Source: Eledone cirrhosa
Lineage: Eukaryota
NCBI GenBank assembly: GCA_964016885.1
Contig: OZ024749.1
Location: 53,568,001 to 53,632,000 of the forward strand
Direction of reading: 5' to 3'
DNA length: 64,000 bases
Below, piece by piece: positions 25,301 to 39,648 of the stretch (the first letter of the stretch is position 1; each line of letters opens with the position of its first letter). Below the pieces are notes generated by a model. That model was not told the DNA's origin. It searched no databases and worked only from the letters and a program-made list of their open reading frames with translations. Made by a program: the position numbers and the translations under genes.

Positions 25301-27605
25301 TACTGCTGTTTTGAGGTTTCAAACGCAGATGGCTGTAAAATTCTTTGGCTTCCTAGAGGGAGTTATTGAGATGAAGAAAAGGGTGTGTGGATGGTTACCA
25401 AACCAATCCTCAATGAATTGGACTTTCCATTTTTGTGTATTGATGGAATGGCTGGGTTTAAGAGGAATCCAAGGAGCGAAGACTGCATTGGTATGGATAT
25501 GTGATACACATGGACAAAGAAATGCCAGTGGAAGGAAGCCACATTAGAGGAACACCTAGGCAGAGGTTGTGAGAATTGACCTTAAATTGGCAGTGGGGGC
25601 AAAGAAATGCAACGAGTGGAGCGCTGCCCTGTTGAGAAGAATCCATGCAAGTGAGGAAAAACAATGATGATATATATTTACAAGAAAAATATCAGAACTT
25701 AGTAAGTATTACAATGTATCACTTACAATAAGAGCTGAAAGATAAGAAGACATTGTTACAATTATATTCATTTTTATTTATATTTTGCTGACAACACATC
25801 TCCAAAAACAAAGCCAGTACATTCTTATTCTTGTGGATATAAGTTAGATAAGGATATACACACAAAATAATATACATATACAGTTGTTCCCTGGGCTGGG
25901 ATTACGTTCGTAGAGCACTCGTGAAGATTGGACGTGATCAAAAAGATGCCTATAAATGTCGAGCCATAAAAAATCGGGGAAGATATTTATGATTCCACTA
26001 ATGTCGTGGGTACACTGTATATATATTGTGTGTGTGTGTGTATATATATATATATAGACAAAATGACAATTGAAACAAATCCATAAAAACGACTCAAAGA
26101 AAATAAAAGACATACACTGCAACAGGGAATGCTGGCGTTAACTCATGGCCTTACTGTGGTTGATAGCAAAGGTTGAGATACTGGAATATCCCAGCAACTT
26201 CATATGAACATCACCTGATATTTCAGTAAGACCAGTTGGTAATAACAGAAAATTCATCAACTCATGTTTGAAATAATTGTTTCTACTTTAGGCACAAGGC
26301 CAGCAACTACCCAGTGCCTCACTGGTACTTTATTTTATCGACCCCGTAAGGATGAAAGGCAAAGTCAACCTCGGCGGGATTTGAACTCAGATCGTAAAGG
26401 GACGTAACTATGCTAGAAAGCATGGCGTCCGACCCTCTACCGATACTGCCAATCCACCAATCATGTTTGAAATAATGTCGCCGGATAAGTGGAACGTTTC
26501 ACAAATTTATATAATAAAATTTTATCTCAAAGTATATGTTGGTTAGGTTGTAAGCTATATATTTTAGAGACAATGTAACACTGACTCAAGCAATAACCAG
26601 CCTAAATTTGCAACCGACTTGAGTTTTGTTTGCATGACATGAAGAATGCAAGCTGTTGAAATATAGGTTGCTTTCTGATAGGTTTGTCATTAAACCAATA
26701 GTTGTAGAAGAGACGTCTGCTGTTCTTTGTCCCCCAACCCACCTCCCCAGTAACTGCTTTTGGGACATCATAATGAAAAACAAAATGAAATTGAAATCAT
26801 TGTTGAGCAGATTTGGTGAACATAGAGGGAAGTATTTAGCCAAATATGCATTAGTTCACCAAATACTAGACATCTCAATGAAAAGATAAAATACCAAATC
26901 AAAGGAGCAATTAAGCATATGAGAATACTTCTAATGAAATATTCTCTATTTAAATTAATTAATGAAGAATTTTGAGGGATTTACTAAAATTATTAATTAC
27001 TAAGATAGTAACTTAATGTAAGGTTCTTATATAAAATTATGTTGGGAGATTTTAATTTAAATTAGAAACCTTTAAAATGGGTGGTTTTGTTTCATAGAAG
27101 TAGGGCCAGTTTTGGCTGGGTTGGTAACAAAAGGGTTAAGCCAAAATCTTGATTTGGTGGGGATAGAAGCTAGACCAAATAAAATAAGTTAGTGTCCCCA
27201 ACCAGGGTTTCTGGAATTAAGAAACAATATTAATTATTTCAATACATTGAAACAACCAATATTGGAAGAATTTATTCCAGCTTCAGGGGGAGATTCTTTG
27301 AAACTACAAAAAATATTGAATAGCATACAGACTATATCATTAGAGACTGCATAGTGTCCAACAAGTTGTGTCTTTGAAATACTAACTGAACATATATCTC
27401 TAAATATTAGGACAATATAACAGGCTTACAATGACGCTAAAAATAGCAGTCAAATGCCTGCCTCAATAGACTCAACAATAAAGTTATATATCATTCATTA
27501 TCACTGTCGTGGCTATATATAATATGCAGTTTCCTGAGTGATATTGGGTTAAAAAAGATACTCAATACATTGGTAGAGTGTAGGCATCTTTACTATATAT
27601 AGGGA

Positions 27606-27656
27606 ATGAACTACAGGACTAGAACTGTTTCATCCATACGAATACATCAGGAATGC
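27606..27656 (-). ncRNA. Degenerate hammerhead relative of the 50154 motif (family G)
   Basis: Minus strand ATTC-CTGATGT-ATTC...GAT-GAAA-CAGTTCTAGTCCTG-TA; same stem III as at 50183-50196; core and stem I damaged. Confidence 0.45.
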
Positions 27657-28133
27657 ATATATGTATATCTATAGATATGACCCCTCAGTCATGTCAAGGA
27701 CAGGACTGTCTCCCTAGTGTTGGTGACCTACTCAATTAAACTCACCCAGTACACACTGTAAAGTGGTTGGTGATAGGAAGGGCATCCAGCTGTAGAAAGC
27801 CTGCCAAATAAAGGGTTGGGAGGACCTTTCAGTTGTGTCAAAAACATGACAAACTGTCCTCTGCACTTGATAGAACGTAAGACCAGACGTAAGTGAGATG
27901 CTAACACCCCCTCACCAGCCTGTGTGGGGGATCAGTATTTCTACTTGGTCTATGTTGACCTGTCTAACTCTTGCTAGCAGGGAAAGCAGATGTTAAAACG
28001 ACAATGATGATGAGGATGTATGCACTACACATATATATGTATATGTATATATACAGAGAGAAAAATATATAGCAATATGAATTTTTTATAGACACAGAGG
28101 CATAAATTTTAGTCAACTCCTTTTCCATAGATT

Positions 28134-28877
28134 CTATGATATATAGTCCATGTTAGAATTTTCACCAATATTACTGTGTTCAATCCTTATATAGCTTTCA
28201 CTACAATTACTTTTAGAATCATCATCAACATTGATTTGTTTGGTTGAGACATTTTCGTTTTTATGAAAGTCAGTTGGTGTTTGATTTTTCTGAGAGATAT
28301 CTGCATTTGATGCACAATGAAATCCATCTTCGTTTTCACCTTCGCATTCATCAGATATATATTCAGCTGATATGTAGCCAATATTGTCCTTACCTTTAGA
28401 ATCTTCATTAATACTTTCTAAAGTGTCAGTAGATTTTTCATATGAAATAGAATTCCTCCCTGATATATAACCAGAGTTATTATAATTTACATTGTCTTTA
28501 ACAAAATCACTGGAACTGACATTTGGGGTTTCATCTGGTGGTTGTGATGAATCCCCGACCTGTACATAGCCATTCATATCATCTTTGATAACATTTAATT
28601 CTGGAGATTCTGGAGATTTTTTCACATTGTCTTGCGTTAAGCTGTTTAATGTTTCACATTTTTCTGAAATCACTTTATTTTCATAAAGTGGAATCATATC
28701 ACAAGACACAGGTGACTCTAATGTTTCTCTGGACTCTGAGGAATTAGAACCTTCTGAGACGGTTTTATTGACGTCATTCCAGTTTTCTATCGGTCCAACT
28801 TTCGTGTAGACGCAAAAATCTGAACTTAAAGAGCTCACTTCATTTTTTTCTCCTGGTATAGTATTATAATGATTATT
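28134..28877 (-). CDS. Domeless/gp130-like cytokine receptor, terminal exon (Ser/Asn/acidic cytoplasmic tail with many Tyr motifs)
   Basis: cag|NNHYNTIPGEKNEVSSLSSDFCVYTKV...GYVQV...GYIS...SYIRI...DYIS*; in frame with ORF 28134-28838. Confidence 0.85.
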   Translation of the reverse strand, partial: NNHYNTIPGEKNEVSSLSSDFCVYTKVGPIENWNDVNKTVSEGSNSSESRETLESPVSCDMIPLYENKVISEKCETLNSLTQDNVKKSPESPELNVIKDDMNGYVQVGDSSQPPDETPNVSSSDFVKDNVNYNNSGYISGRNSISYEKSTDTLESINEDSKGKDNIGYISAEYISDECEGENEDGFHCASNADISQKNQTPTDFHKNENVSTKQINVDDDSKSNCSESYIRIEHSNIGENSNMDYIS

Positions 28878-30467
28878 CTGAAAAAAGTAAAATCATTTTA
28901 ACATGTAATACTATTAAAAGAAAAAAAAACACACACAGAAACAAGAGCAAAAATACTCTGGAAAAACTAAAATATTTATAATCTATTTTTGTATTATCAT
29001 CATCGTTTAACGTCTATCTTCCATGCTAGCATGGGTTCTAATCTTTAATATATACAAAATGTATAACTTTCTGGACGAGGAGGAAAGGAAAGAAGAAAAG
29101 GAGAAATAAGTAAAAGCAAGAAAAAAAAAGAAGCTGTAAAAAGGGCAGATGAACTCCTTAGAGTGAACAGCCATCCACCCCAACAAGCTGCAATTGGTCA
29201 GTGTTTTCTTTGACCTAATGTCTAAAGTCTGTCTCAAGCCCAAAGGCTCATCAGGCTGATCCTTATCCCAGTTTGCATGGCATTAAAGAACTGAGAGTAC
29301 CACACTCACCCCTTGGACATGACACCAGTCCATCGCAGGGTTAAACCCCCAGCTGAATATACAGGAGCAATGTGAAATGTAGTGTTTTGCTTGAGAACAC
29401 ACAACCCAGCCCAAGAATGGAACCCATGATGTTATGATTTTAAGTTCAATACACTTACCACAAGTCTACTTTCCCTCTGAGCTATATGAGTGAAACAGTC
29501 ATGCTACTGGTGCCATGCACGTCAAAATGTTGCTACGCTGCAGCTTTAAAATGTTGTCACTAAATTCTACATTTGGCACTTTTATTTATTATTTTGTTAA
29601 AGAATTTCTCCAGTTTTACAGAACATTTTCCTCTTTCTTCAAAGTTGATGTTTAATTTCCATTGAAGACCATACATAGTTGATAGTTATTTTGCTCAGTG
29701 ATATTTAACCTAAAGTTAACCCTAACTAGATAGATCTTTAACATTTAAACCGGCCACAATTCTCTTACCTCTTTCAGTTCAAACCAGCCATAACTGGCTG
29801 CTCATACTGTTTGTTAAGGTATTGTTCTCAAAATAAATAATATCAAAATCTCATAGATTCGATATTATTTGAAATAATTATGTGAGATAAAGCCTTTGCA
29901 ATGAAAATACAATAGTATATATAGAGTAATGTAAATGTTAATGGGTTAATGAAAATGTTTCAGCCATGACAGTGCCATCCTTCTTTCAGACATTGTGTAT
30001 CTAAAATACTGCTGCATTTAGACATAAGTTAAACAAGCTACAACTCAGGGCCTTACAATCTACAGGAGCCTCAAAATAATTGAAAGGCATGTTATCTTTA
30101 CAGTTCTTGAGAGACACTCTTGTATCAATTTTTAACGTGGAGTCTCCAGGTTATATTTAGGATAGAACCTTGAGATTGTAGGATGTAATTCGAGAAATAT
30201 TTGACTGTTATTTCTAATAGATAGAAGAACCACATAGCAATTCCTTCCCTGATGCATCACATGAAAGTAGCCATATCTAGGGATGACTGTAGAAAAAGTG
30301 GGCGCTACCGCCCCCAGGAGGCATTGAGAAGGTCCGAGGAGTCAGTGGGGTGGCAGTAGAGATAATATAGTATATTAAATATCAAGTGATACATATATAT
30401 AAATGTAGTAAAATAAAAAATATATATAGTAGGAAAGAAATAAAAAATATATATATTTATATATATT

Positions 30468-31340
30468 GTAGGAAAGAAAATAAGGCGGCGGTCCCTTCCG
30501 GGAAATGGCCATGCTCAGTGTGTAGGAAAGGCGTAAGTAGAAACTCCATTTTATGTCCCAAATGCAAAGTATGGGTACATAAAAGATGTACTGGGATCAT
30601 AGGTAAGCTAACTAAGAACATAGATTTTACATGTGGCCGGTGCTCTGGTGCAATAAGTAGCAGCAAGTGCCCACAAAATACTAGCTCTTACAACTGCGCA
30701 GAGGGCTCTATAGAAATAGTGGACAGCTTCCGTTACCTGGGTGACAAAATTAGCAGTGGGGGAGGGTGCTCTGAAAGTACAGTAGCTAGAGTCAGAACTG
30801 GATGGAAAAAGTTCAGAGAGCTTATACCACTATTAGCCGCTAAAGGGTTCTCCCTAAAAATGAAAGGCAGGTTGTATGATGCCTGCATACGAACAGCAAT
30901 GTTGCATGGCAGTGAGACCTGGGCATTGTGTGCAGAGGATATACGCAGACTAGAGAGGAACGAAGCTTGTATGCTCCGCTGGATGTGCAATAGTAATATA
31001 CGTGAACGGCAAAGCATAAACGAACTAAGGAAAAAATTAGAAATAAGAGGGATCAGATGTTGTTTACTCGAGAGAAGGCTACGTTGGTATGGACACGTGA
31101 TGCGCATGAAAGTCGATAACTGTATAACAATGTGCAGGGCAATAAAGATAGACGGTAGCCACGGAATAGGCAGACCTAGAAAAACCTGGGACGAGCTGAT
31201 AAACTCCGACCTCACACACTTACACCTCTCCAAGACAATGTCACTGGACCGAGATCTTTGGCGGTACTCAGTAATAGAGAAGACCCGCCTTACCTAAATA
31301 CATAGTAAAACCTACTACTACAGCCAGTAGGCATCTCTAA
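30468..31340 (+). mobile_element. 5'-truncated RTE-type LINE
   Basis: ORF 30386-31297 contains the PHD-like finger, FRYLG, LHGSETW, RRLRWYGHV and GRPRKTW motifs. Confidence 0.9.
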
Positions 31341-31525
31341 CAAAATAACCCCCCCCCCCCCCCATGTGACACTGCGGTAGCCACAATGGCCTGTAATCAT
31401 CTGTGACACTGTGGTAGCCACAATGGCCTGTAATCATGTGACACTGCGGTAGCCACAACATGGCATCTATGTTTATAATGAAGTTACAAAGTTATAAACA
31501 ATGAGAAACTATTGTTATTACTTAC

Positions 31526-31571
31526 CTTTTCCAGCAACTTAATTTCATTTTTATTGTCTATTCTTTTAATA
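31526..31571 (-). CDS. Cytokine receptor-like gene, juxtamembrane exon
   Basis: cag|(S)IKRIDNKNEIKLLEK|gtaagt; phases match both neighbours. Confidence 0.75.
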
Positions 31572-31789
31572 CTGAATAATAAAAAAAGGAAATGATGTTT
31601 TAAATATCATGTTTAATTGATAAACATAAGATATATTTCACAAGTTTACAAGAAATTGGTAGAAATGTTGACAGACCGGTAGACCGGTCCAAACTATTAG
31701 TTTGTAGTTTTGATGTCACAATAAAAAGCATCCAGTCTTCATTGCAACAAGGTTGGCATTAGGACGGGTATCTAGCCATAGAAACCAAG

Positions 31790-31970
31790 GGAGGGGGCAG
31801 TGCCCATGGCCTTCACAGGCCCTACAGGATTGGAGGGAGGGGGCACTGCCCATGGCGTTCGCAGGCCCTACAGGACTGAAGGGAGGGGGCAGTGCCCATA
31901 ACCTTCGCAGGCCCTACAGGACTGGATGGAGGGGGTAGTGCCCATGGCCTTTATATGCCCCACAGGACTG
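31790..31970. repeat. GC-rich minisatellite, unit about 45 bp, about 4 copies
   Basis: ggagggggcagtgcccatggccttc(g/a)caggccctacaggactg repeated. Confidence 0.75.
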
Positions 31971-32388
31971 CTGAGATCAATACCATTGATGTTTGGTTTA
32001 AATTGTAGGTTCACACCTTTGAAAGGAAGGTGTTCCAGAATGCTTGACACAGCCCATCACGCCAGACAGGGAATCAAACTCACAAGCTCACGATTACAAG
32101 CAAATGATAATATAATATATGTAAAAACCCTTTAGCATTTACATTACTCTATATATACTATTGCATTTTTGTGGTAATGGCTTTACCTCACATAATATCG
32201 AGTCTATGAGATTTTTATGTTATTTATTTTGAGAACAATACTTTAACAGCAGTATGAGCAGCCAGTTATATCCAGTTTGAACAGAAAGTGGTGAGAGAAT
32301 TCTGGCTGGATATAGCTGGTTTAAATGTTAAAGGGTTAAATATGATTTTAAAGTAAAAAATTAGTTGTAAAGAATATAAAATATTTAC

Positions 32389-32479
32389 CTCTTATGAATA
32401 CAAAAAATGATACAAGATAAAATAATAATAAAAGTAACAACTGCCACACATATATAAATTGTTAAATGAAAGGTTTTCC
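32389..32479 (-). CDS. Cytokine receptor-like gene, transmembrane exon
   Basis: tag|KTFHLTIYICVAVVTFIIILSCIIFCIHK|gtaaat; hydrophobic helix followed by basic residues. Confidence 0.85.
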
Positions 32480-32547
32480 CTATAAAGAAAGAAAAAAAGA
32501 AAAGAAAAGTTAAAATTTAAAAATAACATTTAAAAATCTTTTCATAT

Positions 32548-32750
32548 ATGAGAGTTGGCTGAAAAGTTCACACAAGGCTGACTATGAAGGAATGAGGCTA
32601 GAGCTGTGAAGTCTTGTATGTATTAATTTCAATCCTTCTTATTAATTAATAACTGCATCGTTTCTTTCCAGGGACTATGTTGAAAAATAAACCTTATTTG
32701 GTCATTCCATGAGAGTATCTTGGTCAGTTTATGAACTTTTCAGCCAATCC
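32548..32750. mobile_element. Mariner-derived MITE
   Basis: Terminal inverted repeats ttggctgaaaagttca / tgaacttttcagccaa; a related end at about 24955. Confidence 0.55.
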
Positions 32751-33524
32751 ATGTGTTTGTGTGTGTGTATATATATACATATAAACGATCGGTGTCTCTA
32801 TTGAATTTGGTGTGCCCTGAATGTGGAAAGATTTGCTTGAGCAAATCTGGTTTCAGGAGCAACAGTCGCAGCCATGTTCAAAGAGAACCAGTGAACTATG
32901 ATCTCCACGGTGTTGTGAGGGTTCACGGGCAACCTGATGCAGGACCTCAGGCCAGGGAGATCCATAGTTGACGGCAACATGCAAAGGAGTGCAAGTCTTT
33001 AGCAGGCTTGAAAAGCCATATCCGAGCATCACACATCTGAATCTGACAAGCGATTGCAATACGCTTAGTGCGAGTTTGCAGCCATCGTTTATATACATAT
33101 ATAAATTTTATATCATCATCATCACTTTTTAACGTCTATTTTTTCACACTTGCATGGGTTAAACAAGTTGTCACAATGAGACAAGTCAGGTGAGATGACC
33201 CATGTCTTGCTCTATATTTTGGGTTCTACGGCTGGATACACTTCCTACCACCAAACACATTACAGTGTGGACTGGAGACTTTTTGTCATGTCACCAACAC
33301 AACCACCATACAGGGTGGACTGGGTGTTTTTGGTCGTGTCACCAACACAACCACCTTATAGGGTGGACTGGGTGTTTTGTTGTTATAGTACTAGATCACC
33401 ATATGGAGTAGACATTTTTTTCAAGAGCACACAAACCACTGCATTACACCACACTAAGGTACTTAATCATATATATGTACAAGCATACATATACACACTT
33501 ATTCAACAATAAAAGAATATTTAC

Positions 33525-33683
33525 TCAAAGTTTTTTGGGTAACAACATCACTCATTGGGCTAACATATTGTTCAGTAACCACAGCAATACAGACTGAATA
33601 CTCAGTTTCTGATTCCAGTCGGGAAATATCAGTCATAGCTTTTGCTGGTTTTATTCTGTTCAGTTCAGAAACATTTATGTAAG
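33525..33683 (-). CDS. Cytokine receptor-like gene, membrane-proximal FN3 half exon
   Basis: cag|YINVSELNRIKPAKAMTDISRLESETEYSVCIAVVTEQYVSPMSDVVTQKTL|gtaaat; FN3 LxxxTEY tyrosine corner. Confidence 0.85.
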
Positions 33684-34860
33684 CTGGATAGAAAATAATA
33701 ATTGTGTTTGATTAGAAACAAAATGGCGTCGAGAAGAGAAAAAAAGGCTTCATGCTACCTATTCTCTGATGTTTTGTCAATTCACTGCCAATATAAACTA
33801 ACCCCAATCATGACTGACCATATTTCTAACAACAATATACTACCGTTGTGTGTTAATTATCAAAATAAACAATTACAAGAGGTTTAGTAAAATAACATAA
33901 CTTTCTACTTAATAAAAAAAGTCAAATATTTAACTATTGAAATCTAATAAATACTTGTAATATTTGTCAGGTCAGTATTCTGCTTGCTACTGGTACCATG
34001 TAACCCAGTACAACCTGCTTCATAGTTGAGTGGTCAGCAACTAAACTGGTTCCCTCACCAGACCAAGGTCTGAGGAAGGTAAATAGAACCCCAGCAGCAC
34101 AAAAATATCAGCTGTTAAAAGGGCAGATGAATTCGTCAGAGTTTACGGCCAACACCTCAACTATGGGTTAAATAGCTTCACCAACCCACAATTGGACAAG
34201 TATGGAGTATGGAGGAGTTCTTCCAACAGGAGTGAGACGAGGTTGGATTGGATTGGATTGGAGGTAATGATGAGATTTCAGTGCGAGTTTTAAGGGGCAG
34301 TTTTGGACAGGCTGATATTTAAAGGGTTCAAAAAAAAAAAAAAAATCAAAAAAAAAAAAAATCAATAATACATAAACCAGAATAAAACTACTTTTACTTA
34401 CAATTATAACAATGTTGACCTTTACCATAGAATATCTTATAAAACATAGGAATATCATTTAGTTCAGAACAAATGAACTCTGGCCAGACAACGGTCAACT
34501 TATTTTCAGATGGAATTAATTTAGGTTTGGAAGGTTTTTTTGCTGAAAGAGAGCATGTAGATTGTTTGAGTGAAAAAAATAAAAAAATGATAATTAAGAT
34601 AAGTCAGAAGATGACGTAGGGAGATGTTGGCAAGAGATTAAAGGTGAACATTCAGCACAAAAAATCCCTTTAATATTATTACAAATACCATTTAGAAATC
34701 ATAGTGGAATCTCATTCACAAATAAATCAGTCTTGGAACAATCTTTCCGAACATAAAATGTCTCGGGTGATGAACACACAAACCAGCAACATTGGTTGGC
34801 AACAAACTGGGAAAATCGGTGGGAAATCATCACTTGCTGTGTAGTTAGTTACTTTGGTGA

Positions 34861-34901
<41 letters not shown>

Positions 34902-35165
34902 ACATACATATATATACACACACATATATATATACATACATATACATATACATACACATATATATATATATACACTTACATATATATATATACACATATA
35001 TATATATATACACTTACACATATATATATATACACTTACATATATATATATATACACTTACATATATATATATATACACTTACACATATATATATACACT
35101 TACATATATATATATACACTTACATATATACGTACATATATATATATATACACACATATATATAC

Positions 35166-35198
<33 letters not shown>

Positions 35199-35402
35199 CA
35201 CATATATATATACACATATACATACATATATATATATTTTTCACACATATACATATATACACATATACATACATATATATATACATACATGTATACATAT
35301 ATACATACATATATATATACATACATATATATATATACATATATATATATACATACATATATATATATACATATATACATATACATACATATATATATAT
35401 AC

Positions 35403-35435
<33 letters not shown>

Positions 35436-35909
35436 CACATATACATACATATATACACATATACATACATATATATATATACATATACATACATATATAT
35501 ACATATACATACATATATATATATACATATATCCATACATATATATATACACATATACATACATATATATATACACATATACATACATATATATATATAC
35601 ACATATACATACATATATATATATACACATATACATACATATATATATACACATATACATACATATATATACACATATACATACATCATCATCATCACCG
35701 TTTTACGTCCGTTCTCCCACGCTAGCATAGGTTAGACGGGTTGTCCTGTTGTGGGCAGTGTCTGGTCAGCTGACCATGCCTTGCTCATACAGGAACTGTA
35801 TACATACATATACATCCATACACATACATACATACATATATATACATATACATACATACACACATGTACATACATACATACACATACATACACATATACA
35901 TACATATAC

Positions 35910-35940
<31 letters not shown>

Positions 35941-35955
35941 CATACACATATATAC

Positions 35956-35986
<31 letters not shown>

Positions 35987-36088
35987 CATATATATACTTA
36001 TATACATACATATATATATACATAGATACATATATATATATACACATATATATATATATATACACATATATATATACATACATATATA

Positions 36089-37388
36089 TGAGGGGGGATC
36101 AAAAAGTTCGCGGAATTTTTCAGAAAATATTCTATTTTTCAAAAAATATGATTTACCTTCAATTTATTTTTCTACATAGTTGCCATCCAGGTCAATACAC
36201 TTGACAAGGCGATGCTTCCAGCTTCGAGAGCCGTCTCTAAAGAAAGTTGAAGGCCTTGTTCGAAGCCATGTGTTGGCAGTGTTTTTAGTTTCTTCAACAC
36301 CACTAAAACGGGTTCCTTTTAGCATTTCTTTGAGTTTTGGAAAGAGGAAAAAGTCTGATAGGGCTAAATCTGGACTATAAGGCGGGTGAGGAAGCACTTC
36401 CCATCAAAATTCTCAAAGAACTTCTTTTGCAACCTGCGCAGAATGCGATGGTGCATTGTCAAACAAGATCCCACCATGAAGTTTCCCTTTTCATTTCTTG
36501 ACTAATGCCTCTTTCAGTTTCCTTAAAACATTTGCATAGTAAGCTCCTGTCACAGTTCTTTGACCTTCAAGATAATCTATTAGTATCACCCCATCTGAAT
36601 CCCAGAAAATGGTGGCCATCACTTTTTGATCCGACTTTTGAGATTTGAACTTGATTGGCCCCAATGATCCACGTGGAAGCCACTGTTTTGACTGCTGTTT
36701 GGATTCAGGATCATACTGGTAGATCCAGGTTTCATCTCCGGTGATGATTCTGGTCAGGAAATGCTCTTCATCAACTTCAATATTGTTTAATATCGCCAAA
36801 GATCACTTCGAAGAATCAGCTGATCAGGGCGCAACGCTTTTGGGACCCATCGCACTGAATACTTGCTTAGTCCTAAATTATCGTGCAGAATTGAATTTGC
36901 CGAACCATATGAAATGTCTAGGGACTTAGCTAACTGATTAACTGTTATTCTTCGATCTTCTTCAATAAAAGTCTGAGCAGCCTCAACGTTTGGTCATTTT
37001 TTGATGTTCCTAGTCTTCCACTGCGATGGTCGTCTTCAAGGTCATCTCTCCCTTGTTTGAATCGCTGAATCCACTTGTAGACAGCAGTTTTCTTTGGAGC
37101 AGTAGTACCGTAAACTTTAACTAAAGCCTCCATAATCTGTGTCCCTTTCCATTTGAGTTTCACCAGAAACTTGATATTCGATCTTATCTCAAAATAACTA
37201 TTTTCCATTGTTCCAAAAAGAGGTTTTTTAAAGAGTGTCAGTACTGTACAATAGTCTGCGCATAACTGACTGCAAGTGACTAATAGCAAGGTAAACACCC
37301 AGTGACAATGTTCTGACATGTTTAATATTGTTTTAACTTATTTTTTTCTTACAACGATAAAATTCCGCGAACTTTTGATCCCCCCTCG
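36089..37388 (-). mobile_element. Full-length (1.3 kb) mariner transposon with a disrupted transposase
   Basis: TIRs gaggggggatcaaaaagttcgcggaattt / aaattccgcgaacttttgatcccccctcg with TA flanks; ORF pieces with N-terminal HTH, IITGDETWIY, and HPPYSPDLALSDFFLF. Confidence 0.93.
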
Positions 37389-38070
37389 TATATACATACA
37401 TATATATGCATACATACATATATATATATACATATATATATACATACATATATATACATATATATATACATACATATATATACATATATATACATACATA
37501 TATATACATATATATACATACATATACATACATATATATACATATACATACATATATATATACATATACATACATATATATATACATATACATATATATA
37601 AATATATACACATACATATATATACTTATACATACATATAAATATATACCCATACATATATATATACCCATACATATATATACTTATACATACATATATA
37701 TATACATACATATATATATACATACATATACATACATATAAATATATATACATACATATATATATATATATATATACATACATATATATATATATACATA
37801 CATATATATATATACATACATATATATATATATATACATACATATATATATATATATACATACATATATATATACATACATATAAGTATATACATACATA
37901 TAAATATATATACATACATATATATATATACATATATATATATACATATACATACATCTATATACATATAAATATATATACATACATATAAATATATATA
38001 CATACATATAAATATATATACATACATATAAATATATACACATACATATAAATATATACATACACATAAA

Positions 38071-38110
<40 letters not shown>

Positions 38111-38288
38111 CATACATATAAATATATACATACATATAAATATATACATACATATAAATATATACATACATATATATATACATATACATATATATATAAT
38201 GGAAAAATTTGAACAGGAACAAAACAGAGAGGCAGTACAACGAATGTTTATTAATTTCACGCTCTGGAGAGTGGGGTGGTGGTGGAGA

Positions 38289-38320
38289 ACGACGTTTCGG
38301 GCATAAGCCCTTCCTCAGGT
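38289..38320 (-). ncRNA. Minimal Penelope-pLTR-type hammerhead motif (family C)
   Basis: Minus strand AC-CTGAGGA-A-GGGC-TTAT-GCCC-GAAA-CG-TC-GT; palindromic ACGT stem III, short stem I. Confidence 0.6.
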
Positions 38321-38567
38321 GAGAAGTGTGTGGGAAGAGAGTTCAAAGGGTGTGTAGGGGAATGGTGGAGAGACATATAGCGAAAGGAAACAGTGCCAAT
38401 GAAATTAAAAATAAAAATAAAAATAAAAATAAAAATAAAGCATGATCAAAATACAAGGAATGAAATAAAATTAAATATAAAAGCATGATCAAAATAAACT
38501 GAAATTAAAAAGGGGTAAAACAGGTGGTGGAAGGGTGTGGGGTGTGTAGGGGTGGTGGCGGGTGGAG

Positions 38568-39313
38568 TGGCTTTCTGAAGAATAGAGGAAAGGTGTTTCC
38601 TCAAAAACCAGTATGACTCTAAAAACCGGTTTGTCTGTGTGTTTACATACAGAATAGCTGGCCACTCACAGTAAAGTGACCAGTGAAAAAACTTGGTACA
38701 TCTACATATGTATACGTGTGTGTATTCATATACATACTAGTATTTCAGTATACATATATGGATGTACATCTTTAACTTAATTGTTTAAGCGTCAGTCATA
38801 CAAAAGTGAGTTACAAACGAAACGAAATTTAATTTCGTTTCGTTATTTGTTTTTATCGTCTCCGTTGAACCGGTACTTACTCACACTCTATGCAAATTAG
38901 TCTGCCCACTACTAATTTTCATAGAAAAAGCATACAACGATATGTGCTTTTACGATTCTCTAGAAAGGCCGGAAGATAGGTAAATATTGCTGATGAGTTG
39001 TAACAACAACGAAACTAGTTCAATATTCCTTGTCTGGCTTTCTGGAGAATAGAGGAAAGGTGTTTCCTCAAAAACCAGTATGACTCTAAAAACCGGTTTG
39101 TCTGTGTGTTTACATACAGAATAGCTGGCCACTCACAGTAGAGTGACCAGTGAAAAAACTTGGTACATCTACATATGTATACGTGTGTGTATTCATATAC
39201 ATACTAGTATTTCAGTATACATATATGGATGTACATCTTTAACTTAATTGTTTAAGCGTCAGTCATACAAAAGTGAGTTACAAACGAAACGAAATTTAAT
39301 TTCGTTTCGTTAT
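38568..39313 (+). mobile_element. Partial tandem (about 1.6 x 467 bp) non-coding retrozyme-like element
   Basis: 38568-38846 is repeated at 39035-39313 (offset 467); the spacer holds a hammerhead; ends in (TA)n. Confidence 0.8.
38983..39027 (+). ncRNA. Type-I minimal hammerhead ribozyme (family D)
   Basis: AATATTG-CTGATGA-GTTG-TAACAA-CAAC-GAAA-CTAG-TT-CAATATT; 7-bp stem I, 4-bp stem II, palindromic stem III, GUU triplet. Confidence 0.82.
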
Positions 39314-39358
39314 TATATATATATACATATATATATATATATTTATATATATATATAC

Positions 39359-39393
<35 letters not shown>

Positions 39394-39460
39394 CATATAT
39401 ATACATATATATATACATATATATATACATATATATACATATATATATACATATATATAC

Positions 39461-39505
<45 letters not shown>

Positions 39506-39590
39506 TATATACATATATATACATATATATATACATATATATATATACATATATATACATATATATACATATATATATACATATATATAC

Positions 39591-39623
<33 letters not shown>

Positions 39624-39648
39624 CATATATATACATATATATATATAT

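Noticed and set aside
34186-34311. Possible missing receptor exon (minus strand, phase 1-1, PCPKLPLK...HSCWKNSS...)
   Set aside because: Phase fits, but the donor is weak, FN3 features are unconvincing and the 3' part resembles a dispersed repeat seen at about 29145-29200; left uncalled
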